Positions 1 through 12,626 of a DNA stretch of 64,000 bases are shown here, piece by piece. The number at the start of each line of letters is the position of its first letter. Positions within the stretch are counted from its first letter, which is position 1. The notes beneath the pieces are model-generated. The model saw only the letters and a program-made list of their open reading frames with translations, had not been told where the DNA came from and ran no database searches. Position numbers and translations under genes: made by a program. Source of the stretch: Octopus sinensis (lineage: Eukaryota); NCBI RefSeq assembly GCF_006345805.1, contig NC_043002.1, forward strand, positions 111,600,001-111,664,000, read 5' to 3'.

Positions 1-432
1 TTTTTTTAAAGTGAGGAAAGGCTGTGCACTGAATCAATCCCACTCACTAAGCAACAGCAGCCATAATCCGAAAAGAAGAACAAGTCGACATCATCGGTAA
101 CCACTGAGCCGCAGGTTTTATGTCGGAGTTATCCCAGTTACCTGAGTTACCTTCTCCTAGAACGATGCCCTAACAAAGGCTAGGAGTCCTTCACTCCCAA
201 TGGTTTAACTGCGCGATCGGGTATTCAATCCGATTATTTCTATGTCCTCATGCCTTAAGACATTTATTGGATGGCCGTTGACGGGTTTTGTTTTTCATCC
301 CACAGGGTGTCCAATAAACACCCTCCTCACCAAGCAAGCTTGGTGGTGTTGCCAGTTTAGTCGCCGACGGCCCGACCATGCAGCAGGTTGTAGTGGGTTA
401 CATGTTACCAGTAGCACTCGAAAGTGACCTGA
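1..432 (-). mobile_element. Probable RTE-clade LINE 5' region
   Basis: Minus-strand ctaggagaagg..actc...aaacc segment and hairpins resembling RTE 5' UTRs; no diagnostic protein motif. Confidence 0.4.
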
Positions 433-478
433 CACAACATACATACATACATACATACATACTACATACATACATACA

Positions 479-511
<33 letters not shown>

Positions 512-709
512 CTTTTGTTACCTGGAAGAATTTTAGTCGAAGAAATGGATCCTAGCACTTACTTTTTTTAAAGTGTGGTACTTCTTAGTCTATCAGTTTT
601 TTTTCAGAACCGTTAAGTTACGGGGACACACCCACACCAGTTAAAAGCAGTGGTGAGGACACACAGACACAGACAGACAGACACACACACACGCACACAC
701 ACACACACG

Positions 710-786
<77 letters not shown>

Positions 787-823
787 TAGAGACAAAATAG
801 AATCATCAAATAAAGTAACCAAC

Positions 824-945
824 CCGAAGAGACCATATGTGATAATGGTAAGAAGAATGCCAACAATGGAAATGATGCATCCAATGTAGGATATGTAGCT
901 CAGAATTTTCTGGTGGATTTCAGACAGTTCACCTGGGGAAGTATT
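824..945 (-). CDS. Adhesion GPCR exon: TM1
   Basis: ttcttcttcag|...|gttggt, 122 nt, phase 0 to 2; NTSPGELSEIHQKILSYISYIGCIISIVGILLTIITYGLF(G), the YIGC.IS motif of ADGRG-like TM1. Confidence 0.9.
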
Positions 946-1582
946 CTGAAGAAGAAAATCAAAAATCAAAATAAGTTTGTATGTATGTATGTATGTATGT
1001 ATGTATGTATGTATGTATGTATGTATGTATGTGTATGTATGTATGTGTATGTATGTATGTATGCATGCATGTATGTATGTATGTATGTATGTGTTTGTGT
1101 ATGTATGTATGTATGTATGTATGTATGTATGTATGTATGTATGTATGTGTTTGTGTATGTATGTATGTATGTATGTATTTGTGTATGCATATATGTATGT
1201 ATGTATGTATGTATTTATTTATTTATGTACATATATATATATATTTTATCACGGCAAGAAACTCAAAAGAGGGCAGCTGTGTCGAACTCCGCCCTGAAAC
1301 GGCTGTAATGGAATCACAGCACGTGACTTAGTTGCATTGGGATTGGGTTGAGTGTAAGAATGGCAAGAAGCCGGATTCTGATGATGTTGTCTCAGCTTGA
1401 GTTTTATCTGAAAACAATCTTCATAGCAAGAGTAAGTATGTGTATATTCAGATAACAAATGACAGCATTTGTTGTATGTATTTGTTTTATGATGAATAAT
1501 TAACCTAAGCTATTTTTAGTTAACAAAATGTATGTAAGGTGTCTACGCTGAATGATAGATCCCGCAACTCGAGTACTTTGGC

Positions 1583-1668
<86 letters not shown>

Positions 1669-2205
1669 AGGGAGAGAGAGAGAGACAAAGAGAGAGAGTC
1701 TAGTAAGAATCGAAATCATTGTTGCACACTTCCTGATCACGTGTTCTCATTAACTTGTTTAGAGCCAAAACATTTTCTACAACAAGGTTAAGTATACTAC
1801 ACACCTGTAGTTGTAGTGTGAAATCAGTCTGTCTTTGATCAAAGAATCAAACGGTGATCATTCCGTCTTTTTATTTAGATAGTGTATCTAGGGGTACGAC
1901 ATCGAATATTTCCTTAGTTTTTGTAATGTTTGGATTGAGATTTGACGGAAAATCGTTTATTACTTCTAGAAAGTAATGCGACCGTTTAGAGTTTTTTTAA
2001 CGCTTATTACACATGTATAATAGCTGTCTACAGACGAGACACAGTAAAAATAGCAGGAAGAGGTGCAGACATAAGTGTGAGGTGTTAATAAGTTCGCTTT
2101 GCAGTCACATAGTCTCAGGTTCAATTCTATTGCTCTACATCTTTGAGCCACGGGCTGACCAAATGAGGGAAATTAGTAAACGGAAACTCTGTGAAAGTCC
2201 ATCAA

Positions 2206-2237
<32 letters not shown>

Positions 2238-2400
2238 TATATATATAGTTGAAAAATATCGTTATAGGTATAAAAATACCATAAACAGTTATAGAAAATG
2301 GAGAAAAAGATGTTGAATCAAAATTAGATTTTATACAAAATAGGATTCAATACATACGCGCATATAAAATGACAACTATATAATAATATATACACTCCTA

Positions 2401-2710
2401 TATAAAGCGACATTTTTTACATAAATTATTGACTGAGAAATGATGAGCTAACCCAGGCCAGAATCGAACCCACGTATCATCGCTAACACGGCTCCATGCG
2501 CATCCGATTGGCACAAATGCTCACCCATCAATTTCAGTCAAAATTTTATGAATATATATTTTAAACTGTCCAATACTACATATAACATTTGTTAACAAAC
2601 CTAATCGGATGCGCATGGGGCCATGTTAGCGTTGATATGTGGGTTCGATTCTGGCCTGGGTTAGCTCATAATTTTTCAGTCAATTGTTTGTATAAAAAAA
2701 TGTCGCTTTA
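2401..2710. repeat. Inverted repeat with ~108-bp arms in a (TA)n-anchored element
   Basis: 2401-2508 versus 2603-2710; the arms contain a ggttcgattc B-box-like motif. Confidence 0.88.
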
Positions 2711-3235
2711 AGTCGGTGGATATATATTATGATATATTATTATATAGTTATTATTGTACTAAGAGACTTCCATTGTCGCTCTGTCTATGTCTGGTTCTAT
2801 GTTTGCCTTTGCTTTGTCATCATTTGAAAAAAACGATTTCTTTGTATATACTCAGTAATTTAGTTGCGCGACAAATAATTATCCTTACCCGATTTAAAAA
2901 TAACTACCAAATACTGAGAACCTTCAATGCGGTTGAATTTTTTTTTTGTGAGAGAAGTATAAAACCAGCAGATTCACAAAATGCGGGTACAATACAATCT
3001 AGAAGAGCCATTTTTGTCGTAAGGTAGGAATTGAAGAATTTGGTGAGTATTAAGCTTGTTGGCTTGATATTTCTGTAGTTCCTGATCAGACCTGATCGAA
3101 CAATCATATGCACGTGCATACTACATAGTCTAGATGGGGACAATAGCTCAGGTTTTTACACGTGCTGGCTAATTATATGTGGTGCGAAGTGACAGGCTCG
3201 ATATGTCGAAGTAGAGTTCTTGTTTAGTCCTAGAT

Positions 3236-3620
3236 GGAAGCACTCCGTCGGTTACGACGACGAGGGTTCTGGTTGATCCGAATCAACGGAACAGCCTGCT
3301 CGTGAAATTATCGTGTAAGTGGCTGAGCACTCCACAGACACGTATACCCTTAACGTAGTTCTCGGGTATATTCAGCGTGACACAGAGAGTGACAAGGCCG
3401 GCCCCTTGAAATACAGGTACAACAGAAACAGGAAGTAAGAGTGAGAGAAAGTTGTGGTGAAAGAGTACAGCGGGGATCACCACCATCCCCTGCCGGAGCC
3501 TCGTGGAGCTTTTAGGTGTTTTCGCTCAATAAACACTCACAACGCCCGGTCTGGGAATCGAAACCGCGATCCCATGACCGTGAGTCCACTGCCTTAACCA
3601 CTGGGCCATTGCGCCTCCAC
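3236..3620 (-). mobile_element. tRNA-derived SINE, family C
   Basis: ggaggcgcaatggcccagtggtt head; TSD tgtttagtccta. Confidence 0.9.
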
Positions 3621-3924
3621 TGTTTAGTCCTAAGCCAGCCCTCATTGATTTCAATGTATCCCTTGTAAAAACAATTAGATTTGACCCGAGGGAAATTTCG
3701 CTGCTTTTTCTAGACTCATCGAAGCAGAGTAAAAATGTGTATGTGTGGGTGTGTGCATGTATGTGTGTCTGTAAATATGCGCGTGCGTATGTGACTGTTC
3801 GTGCGTGTTTGTGCATGTATGTGTCTGTTTGTGTGTGCGCGTGCGTATGTGAATGTGTGCGTGCGTATGTGTGCATGCGTGTGTGTGTGTGTGTGCATGT
3901 GTGCATGTGTGTGTGTGTGTGTGT

Positions 3925-3961
<37 letters not shown>

Positions 3962-4292
3962 ATTACCTGACATCAGTCTTTATCGAGCTCATCTACGATC
4001 AAAGGTATTTCTGCTATGATTATCCTATTCTTTCCCTCAGACATAGTGTAATATATAGTGACTGCACTATTCAATGTGTTTATTTGTTAAGGATGGTAGA
4101 ATGTTGTTTGAGGGAAATTTAACAGCTATTTTCCTATATTTGAACGACTGATGCATTGTTTCAGACTTGTAAGCATGTGTTTATGGTTTGCCTGGCCTCT
4201 CCCCAAACTCTAGCATGTTTGTACTAATTGCACTTAAAAGGCTGTAATTCCACGAAAGCCAACAATTAATCTTCACGACTCTTCCAATAAAT

Positions 4293-4677
4293 GTGGAAGC
4301 ACTCTGTCGGTTACGACGACGAGGGTTCCGGTTGATCCGATCAACGGAACAGCCTGCTCGTGAAATTAACGTGTAAGTGGCTGAGCACTCCACAGACACG
4401 TGTACCCTTAACGTAGTTCTCGGGGATATTCAGCGTGACACAGAGGGTGACAAGGGCGGCCCTTTGAAATACAGGTACAACAGAAACAGGAAGTAAGAGT
4501 GAGAGAAAGTTGTGGTGAAAAAGTACAGCAGGGATCACCACCATCCCCTGCTGGAGCCTCGTGGAGCTTTAGGTGTTTTCGCTCAATAAACACTCACAAC
4601 GCCCGGTCTGGGAATCGAAACCGCGATCCTACGACCGCGAGTGCGCTGCCCTAACCACTGGGCCATTGCGCCTCCAC
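4293..4677 (-). mobile_element. SINE family C
   Basis: Full length; 12-bp TSD cttccaataaat. Confidence 0.9.
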
Positions 4678-5030
4678 CTTCCAATAAATATTCGCCTGTT
4701 GACACTACCAATGTAGTTTCACAGCTTCTACGACATTAATTACAGTCAATTGAATCAATGCTATTTTTTTTTTAATCTTTCAGTTTTGCTTTCTTGAAAA
4801 CTTTCCAAAAAACGTAATGTTAAGTGTATGATTGACACAACAGGTGCTAAAACTTCTTCAATCTTCCCTTTCTTACCAAATGATCACATTAACCGTCCTT
4901 CATCCACTTCTTATCTTCATCATCATTAGTTGCAGCAGCAGAAAATAAATACTATCGAGAGTTTCAAGTAGGAACTTAGACTAGGTGAGCGAAACATCAA
5001 CAAATCGTTTGGATCAAAGCACATCCTTCC

Positions 5031-5080
5031 CCCATGTTAAAATCACCACCAGATCCCTGAGCGTCTTTAGCGGAGCAAAG

Positions 5081-5127
<47 letters not shown>

Positions 5128-5327
5128 TGCTGGTACATATTGAAGGCCTCTACACACATCCAGGCAAGTGTCGTTAACAGAAATAAATGTGAGAGTATGG
5201 TGAGAGTGAAACACAGTGCCTCTGCTGACTCTTCTGTCTTCATGGAATCGACTTGGCTCGTTACAAGGAACACATTGTTCAGCAGTAACATCGACGTACA
5301 CAAATTCAGCAGGATTTTACCGGAGTA
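5031..5327 (-). pseudogene. Out-of-order, decayed adhesion-GPCR TM2-TM3(-TM4) exon
   Basis: YSGKILLNLCTSMLLLNNVFLV...LCFTLTILSHLFLLTTLAWMCVEAFNMYQQL, then (TTA)15 with a frameshift, then IFAPLKTLRDLVVILTWG; no phase-2 acceptor; GG where the donor GT is expected. Confidence 0.8.
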
Positions 5328-6278
5328 CACTCCTATATAAAGCGACATTTTTTACATAAATAATTGACTGAGAAGAAATCTTCCTTCTTCAGATTTCGGT
5401 TTCGAAAAATCTAAAAATGGTTGGTAGTGATACCCTTTCTTCTTTAGTTAAGCTACTATAAAAACAGCGACAGGATCTAATTTTTACATTCACAAAATAT
5501 GCATTTTTTTAAAAGGAAGTAAAATATCTGGAAATCGGCTATAATAATATAGTCTTCCAGTCTCGTTGCAATGAAGGTACGATGTTATGGAAAAAAAAAT
5601 TGGAGGAAAAAGTCACAGAAGTTTAAAAATAGGAAAAACCTCTGTATTTTTAGCCAATAGTGAGACAGGAATTTCCTTCGTTTAGCGGAGCGGTGTCAAC
5701 TTTAAGGTTGTACCCTGTGAAATTTATAGTTTAGCGTCTGTGACATGATCTGTTCATTGTAGGTTTCTAAATAAACAGAAATACCTAATAAAATCAATAC
5801 GTATCATCTTACTGTTTCTTTTGTCTCTTCATTGATTGTATGTTTTTATTATTTTTCTTAATTTGTTATATTAATATATTTGTCTGCATGTGTTTATTTT
5901 ATTCGTATTTCAGTATTATGTATACCTGTCATGTATTTGTGTACATCATTAATATATAAGTGCATGTGGATGTATGTATTCATAAATAAGTTTATATGCA
6001 TATTTATGCCTTCATGTACATGTGTGTGTGCACACGAACACACACACACACACACACACAACACACACCACACACACACCACACACAACCTACAGCTCCA
6101 TGCACATGTTCATCCTACTATAGATATACACACATTACGCACTCACATCTAGCGATCATTCTCCTAAACAGAGATTTAGAAATTCATGGATGCACATCAA
6201 TGCACAGATATAAAGAATGGTTTTAATAAGTAACAAGCCTAATGAAATTGAGTGTATAAAAAATAAGAATAGACTTAC

Positions 6279-6376
6279 TAGAAGTACAGAAAAGCTTGTC
6301 AGGTGAGTTGATTCACACAAAGTGATGTTCGGGTCAATATATTTGGTAGTTAGTCCTTCAGTTGACCAAGTGCTAT
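6279..6376 (-). CDS. Adhesion GPCR exon: GPS autoproteolysis motif and Stachel
   Basis: ttcgttacag|...|gtaagt, 98 nt, phase 1 to 0; STWSTEGLTTKYIDPNITLCESTHL/TSFSVLL. Confidence 0.92.
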
Positions 6377-7307
6377 CTGTAACGAAAGTAAGGATATTAA
6401 ATCAATATTTGATAGGGAATATTTCTCAATGTATATTGTTCATATATGGTTAGTTACCGGAATTGTTGACCAAGAACCCCTACCTGAACGCGTACATAAG
6501 TGAGTACATGCATATGCAGACACACACGTGCGTGCGTGCACACACACATGTGAGTGTGTGTGTGTATGTATATGTATATGTATATATTTATATACATACC
6601 TGCGTATACATGTAAACATATATAAATATCCCCCCCGTTTGTTGTCCATTTTAAACCCTGCACGACTTCTATACACACTGTCTTTTACTACCCGCCATGC
6701 TTCTTCACCAAACTTTTTGGCGCCCTCCGTTCTTCCCCTCTCTCTTCCCATCCTCCTTAATCCCTTCTTTCCTCCTTCTCTCTTGTCACTGATTCTGTCC
6801 CCTGCCTTCCACCCTCTTTGATTCCCTCTCTCTCTGTCTTCTCTTTCTCGCTCTCCTGCGACTGCTTCTTCTTACCATTCTGTTGGCCTTCGTATCTCGA
6901 CCAACATGTGTCCCCGCTACCGAACGGTAATTATTTCTACGCCACTGCTATGTTGTTGTTTTGTCTCATTTGTCTAAGTCGTATGACAACCACCGTTATA
7001 TATGTTTTGTTTTTTCATTACTGTTTTCAATTTCGTTTTCGTCTCTTGTATTCACATCCGTCTTGTGCGTTCACATTCCTGTCTTCTACCAAGAAATCTA
7101 ATGCTTACAGCTTAGTTTTTTTTCTTGGGGCTGGCCGAGTTGGAGCAAATATCAGAATTGAACAGCCGAAATTTGCTATGATGATTCGGTGTCTGACTGA
7201 AGATTGAAGGCTTCGAATGATTTGTCTGTGTTCCGTGTTCGTCCCTTCCTGTATTTCACGTTCATTATATATAAAAACCTTCATTTATATAATATATATA
7301 TATTATA

Positions 7308-7374
<67 letters not shown>

Positions 7375-7467
7375 AAATTGAATAAGGGTAGAAATTGATA
7401 TTAATCAATTAAAACCAATGGCATAGCATATTAAAAAAATCCGAAGATTAAAATATTTTTTACATAC

Positions 7468-7619
7468 AAAATTTAAAGGACTGACCACTAGAAGTGGACA
7501 GTCAATATGCTAGATATAGACGTCAAAACCGCTATTTTCCACGAAGAAAAAATAGCGATTTTGACGTCTATATCTAGCATATTGACTGTCCACTTTTAGT
7601 GGTCAGTCCTTTAAATTTT
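7468..7619. repeat. Near-perfect 152-bp palindrome in a (TA)n-anchored element
   Basis: About 71-bp arms, two mismatches, about 10-nt loop. Confidence 0.92.
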
Positions 7620-7904
7620 ATGCATGTATATATACATGTAGATGTAGGTACGTACATATATGTTTGTATGTATGCATATATTTTATTTATTACACTATTG
7701 TATGACTGAGCGCCCTCGCGTCGATTCGATTCGATTCGTTTCGGTTCGTTTCGTTTCTTCTTCTTCTCTAAGCTGGTTTATATATATATATATATATATC
7801 CTAATTGACGCACCAGGTAATTCTCGGAAAAGTGGGACTTACTCCTTGGTTCCATTCTTGTTTTTAGGAATTCCCAATAAGCTATGAATACCCAAATTGT
7901 GAAG

Positions 7905-8760
7905 TTAGTTATGTAATAACCATATTTGGAATTGCCTTGACCTCCCATAGGTGTCCAGGTCAAGTAATGCCTCATTGTAAATGGCGTTATTGAACGTGAC
8001 AATTTCCACTGAGGTTTGCCTTTGAATCCTTTGTGGGATGTCCTCTGCCATGCTGGTTTTATGGATTGCCCGATGCTTGTGAGGTTCATGCAAGTCACAT
8101 GTCATCAACATGATAGAAAATAGCTGGCGCAGTTGACTCAGTACTGTGCTGACTACTGTCTTCTCCAGTGTCTGGTCCCAGTGAGCATCGTCCTCCAGTG
8201 GTCCATGTTTGGCACAGGCTTCTCTGTAGGTCGCGCAGACTTCCCAATTGTGTCTTCGAAAGTCTGTGAATGATGTAGGACCTCTGACTGTGTAGCAGTA
8301 GATGCAGAAAGAAGTACTCCTGCTGATTAGGGTGCACAGTGTACACCCGCCCGATGGCCCTACTTCTGAAGACAGCATCTTTTTCCCAGCCCTCAATGCG
8401 TGTTCCTTGCTTGCGTCTGTTCCATCTATTGTGTGCCCAGGTACAGCACACGGGGACCTCCATATGCAACAGTACTCAGGCAAACAGATGACATTGGTAT
8501 AATTTGACGAAAGCTCTCGAAGTGGTTTCTCATGGATTCAGAGCTACGTTTCGAGCATTGTCTTCTGTGAAATATACACGCTGGCCATTTTCAAGGTATA
8601 CAGAGAGATTTTAAGAAGGTGTTCCTACTTATAAACAGGGTGTGACCTTTGTGCTGACAGTGCATTCGTCTAAAAGCAGAACAGTTCTTCATGTAGCACT
8701 ATTCAATTGGCTGAAGTGACATGAAAGGCATCGTCATTCATGGTATATTCGTGAATAAGT
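7905..8760 (-). mobile_element. Helitron Rep/helicase fragment, frameshifted
   Basis: VYFTEDNARNVALNP, WNRRKQG, IGRVYTVHP, VRGPTSF, YREAC.KHG.LEDDAHW, QLRQLF, MAEDI. Confidence 0.9.
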
Positions 8761-9439
8761 CACTAACCGAAATAAGTCGATTTATTGTTTAGGAAAATAC
8801 TATATACTTGTTTAAGGGTTGTACTGGATAAATTGCGAAAAACTCTAACAGTTCAAATACTAAGAAATAGCATGTTCAATTTGATTTATACCAAATAATA
8901 TAAGGAAAATGAACAGATTATTTCCCTTGGCTGTTAAAATAAAATATATTAGTTATATATATGGATCCCTTCCAGGAGCCCTATTATAATTTTTTTCAGC
9001 AATCTAAGTATGCCATGAGATTTCCAGACATGAGTTCTACTCACATGTCAAGTTTCATCAAAATCGATAAAACGATGTAGGAGGAGTTAATCCACAGACA
9101 GAATTTCCCACATATGTAGTAAATTATTTTTATGAGTGTGGGAGCGTGCGTCAAGGTGCATTTGTGTATGTGTGTGTATAATTCGAAACATTCGGTTATT
9201 TGACATACACACATGCACTCAAGGAAACAACGCATCTCCCAGTGCTAAAATTAATCCTATAACCTTAGTATCATAAATGTAGAACGATGAAATGAGTGGT
9301 CAACACCGCATTGGTGGATATATAATTTCTTTATTTGTATCTTGAAGACCCAAAAGGCACGCAAAGCTATGCAATTGCCACAGAAGGGCCGCTGTTAAGC
9401 TCCCGTTTCAATAATAGCATGAGTGAGGAGTGTAAGGCA

Positions 9440-10600
9440 GGTCGTGTGTGAGCGTGTATATGTTAAATAAAATAAAATAACAAGGTCAAAGCAATTTGAT
9501 ATTCCTAGGACATTTATAAATAGAAAGGTGGTTTTACAGCTGTTTCAGGGAAATAAATGACATCTTATCTTCCGAGACGAATTAAAAGAGCTTCAACAGA
9601 AGGAATTAGTAGAGTTCATTTTTTTATAAGCAGTTATTCTGGAGAGGGAGAGATATACAAGAAATCTATATATATAAAAGTGAGGTTGTGTGCTGTCTGT
9701 CTCCTACGATTTAGATTCCTAACTACTCCCACATTTTGCGGTGCAGTTTAACCAAAACCGGGTATCTTATAGTCGTGATTCATATCGAGCCCTTCTGGGT
9801 ATTAGCGCGCGTCTACGATGAGTCTACGATTTAAAAAAAAAATTACCATCATTTTTTCCCATTTTTAATGCATTTTTGGCATATATAAGGGAAGTAACTC
9901 TCTAAAAATGTATTATTAAATCTCAGAACGTAAAAAGCTACAGTAACACCCCCCTTTGTGGTTAGCCATATTGAGATGGCTACTATACTTTACATCTCTA
10001 AAAATGCTTATATAGTTATTTCCCTTACAAACCCGAGCAACGCCGGGTGATACTGCTAGTTAGATATAAAGCAGAAAGTATAAAAGGAAAATATGAGAAT
10101 AAAAATACATGTTGGATGTCAAAGTTGCTGTTCCATTAGCCAAGAAATGTGTTGTGTAGAACAGGTAAAGAGGCTTCTTGTCCATGATGTGTAAAGTCCG
10201 ATAAGAATTCATATTGTTGTTATTTCAAATGGATAGTGTGCGGATATCAATTCCATGTGTTGTTCTTTCATACTCATTTATACCACAAAATCCTTATGAA
10301 TGAACAGAAACTTTAACATACAACATGTATTTTTATTCTCATATTTTCCTTTTACACTTTCTGCTTTATATCTAATTTCTTCCTCTCGAGAATAACTTTT
10401 TATAAAAAAATGAGGTCCACTAATTCCTTCTATTGAAGCTCTTTTAACTCGTCTCTGATGATGAGATATCATTTATTTTCCTGAAACAGCTGTAAGACCA
10501 CCTTTCTATTCATAAATGTCCTAGGAATATCAAATTGCCTTAGCCTTGTTATTTTGTTTAACACGCGCGCACACACACACACACACACACGAGTTTGCCT
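9440..10600. mobile_element. Fold-back element with ~290-bp inverted arms carrying a decayed hammerhead-like motif (10451-10498)
   Basis: 9440-9664 plus 10060-10127 is the reverse complement of about 10312-10600; a Helitron is inserted in the left arm; right arm reads GUCU CUGAUGA...GAAA C-agcu-G UA AGAC. Confidence 0.6.
9665..10059 (+). mobile_element. Non-autonomous Helitron
   Basis: a|TC start, 3' cccgagcaacgccggg hairpin, CTAG|t end, no TSD. Confidence 0.85.
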
Positions 10601-10697
10601 TTTTATTTGAGCGGTTTACATATCAGCCGGGTTCAAATTCAGGTAAATGCAGTACAGGAGAGGGGAAGAAAAGACATGGAACATAAGTTTTACTTAC

Positions 10698-10737
10698 TAA
10701 GAGTATTCCAGAACACACAAGTGTTGTTCTTTCCAGG
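10698..10737 (-). CDS. Adhesion GPCR 40-nt exon: GPS first half (CVFW)
   Basis: tattttcag|...|gtaagt, phase 0 to 1; PGKNNTCVFWNTL(N). Confidence 0.9.
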
Positions 10738-12392
10738 CTGAAAATACAAAATAGAAAACAACGAGAAAAGATATTGATTTCTCATATTGGCATAAGACTA
10801 ATTTTGTTTGGAGTAACTCATCAAATAACATGTTACTGGTTTCTATCATACCATCAACAATATTAGTTTAAATAATTTAATTAAAGGAAGAATCGTAGCT
10901 TCCATTAGCTGTTTGAACAACTTCCGAAAATTGTGAGAAATATGAAAGAAAGAATTGGGAAGAACCAGGAATCTGGTTCCAATGTTTGCAACAGATTAGA
11001 CTTCATTAAAAATAATCAAGGATGAGGTGGGGGTTTTAATATGGACGCCAGATTAAGTCTTACCCCAAAGAAAAAGTACAGCCTGTCCGAGAGACTTCTG
11101 CGTAATTTCACGCAAGGTACCGTGCAGTAAGCTAGAACCTAGAACTATGTGAGTACAAAGAGTTCCTGACTACACGGCCATGGCGACTCCCATATAGGAA
11201 CTAAACAAAATACTACGTGTCAGAAGTTAGGGAAATTATTCGAAAAAGTCTTGGCTCGGGAAATAATCTAAGAAGAGGAAATGGAATAAACTAAATTTAC
11301 TTGAAGATTTGAAAAAACAGACAAAAATCTTGGTTCGTGATATGATGGAGACTAGAAATGATATAACTAATGATTATGGCAGAAAAATGAATTCTGCCTG
11401 GATCTGGCAACCAATAAAGATGTCATTCATATTCTAGCAAGATAACATTTTATATTCAAGTTCGGTGGGTTTTGCTGAGGATGGGTTCAAATATCTGCCC
11501 CGCTGTTTAAAGAAGGACGTAGAACAAAAATGTTTGAGAACCTCTGTAATAATAAGACCATCCTATTTTGTGAATACAAATTGTATGCTGTTTTACCTCA
11601 ACATACTACACAAATACAGTAGTCTAGGCCTGGCCTCATGCAGCTATCCATTAACTCACTACACGAAGACAACACTCTAGGCTTGGTATCATGTTGTTAG
11701 CCCTCAACACACTACACGAAGGTAACACTCTAGCTCTTGTTAGTTCCCGGCTATCTCTCAGGACTTCTCAAGGGTTAGGAGATAATTTACTTGCTTGAAA
11801 TACTGAGCAATGTACAAAAATCAACATCAGATGTAAGTTGGAACCAAGCTGAATATGAGACATCAACAGAGCTTTCAAAAGGACACACTGAAATTTTTTT
11901 CCGTTACTTTCTCCATGACTATAGGAGAACTTTGTACTCAACGTTCGCAACAAACAAAATACAAATAAAGTAGTAGTTTGTTCTGTTGCCGTTGCTGATC
12001 CTATGTTGAGCAGAAGTATGATTAAAATCATTCCAGACTTGACAATTCCATCTTTTTTCTCGTAATACATTATCTACCGTATTCTCTTTAAAAGTGGTAT
12101 GGCGCTTGCTCTGTTTGGTACGATTACTGTGGATGAAATAGAATTGACTAAAACCACATCATGCATGCTTATATCCTGACTATGCTCTATTGCATTCGAT
12201 ACTAGAAGCTCTAGACTCAACCAACAGTGAAGCTATGCTTTATATTCTTTAGACTTATTCTATATATAAAGAGTGACACAAGTCGGCTTGGGCAAGCATT
12301 GAACATTTGAAATCAATAGTAAATTCTTACATAAATACAAATACAAATATTTCGGAAAATGAGCAAATTTGACCAGTAATGAATGTACTTAC

Positions 12393-12626
12393 TTCAACAT
12401 TCGACATCATGTAACTGACAGGAGTGGTAAGGTTCTTCAATTGTCTGTCTTTGATTTTTACATAAATTACTTTCTGTTTGTCCAGATAATCCAGTTGAGC
12501 TTGATTTTCAACCATGAAAAATTTTGCATTGTTGTAAGCGATCAATTGTACACGTTCATTGGTTATTTTAGTGACATTGTCCGTTGGTTGAAGGACTGAC
12601 AGGGGGATTCTGAACTTTAACATGTT
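12393..12626 (-). CDS. Adhesion GPCR exon: GAIN subdomain B
   Basis: catttccag|...|gtaagt, 234 nt, phase 0-0; NMLKFRIPLSVL...RVQLIAYNNAKFF...KVIYVKIKDRQLKNLTTPVSYMMSNVE matches GAIN beta-strand motifs. Confidence 0.9.

Noticed and set aside
300-440. Possible HDV-like ribozyme at the RTE-like 5' end (gactaa, potential P2/P3)
   Set aside because: P1 and P1.1 could not be built by eye; needs a descriptor search
1265-1310. Hammerhead-like remnant AGGGC...GCCCU GAAA C-ggcu-G UA
   Set aside because: Helix II and a wobble-palindromic helix III are present, but there is no CUGANGA core and no helix I; too weak to call
1328-1407. Possible terminal exon (KTQAETTSSESGFLPFLHSTQSQCN*) of a dead duplicate
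   Set aside because: Only an acceptor and a short low-information peptide; no homology support
2880-3110. Open frames ending at a gtaagg donor as a further GPCR pseudo-exon
   Set aside because: No TM or aGPCR motif in any frame
3560-3620. tRNA-like sequences at SINE heads
   Set aside because: They continue into SINE bodies with TSDs and lack a complete cloverleaf; not tRNA genes
6890-7290. ctgaagattgaa...cgaatga motif here and at 30730-30800, in (TA)n-adjacent repeats
   Set aside because: Contains CUGAAGA, but helices I-III cannot be formed; left as an unclassified repeat
11791-11887. Open AG...GT segment (CPFESSVDVSYSAWFQL...) in a GPCR intron
   Set aside because: Phase 1-2 is incompatible with the phase 0-0 neighbours, and there is no domain similarity
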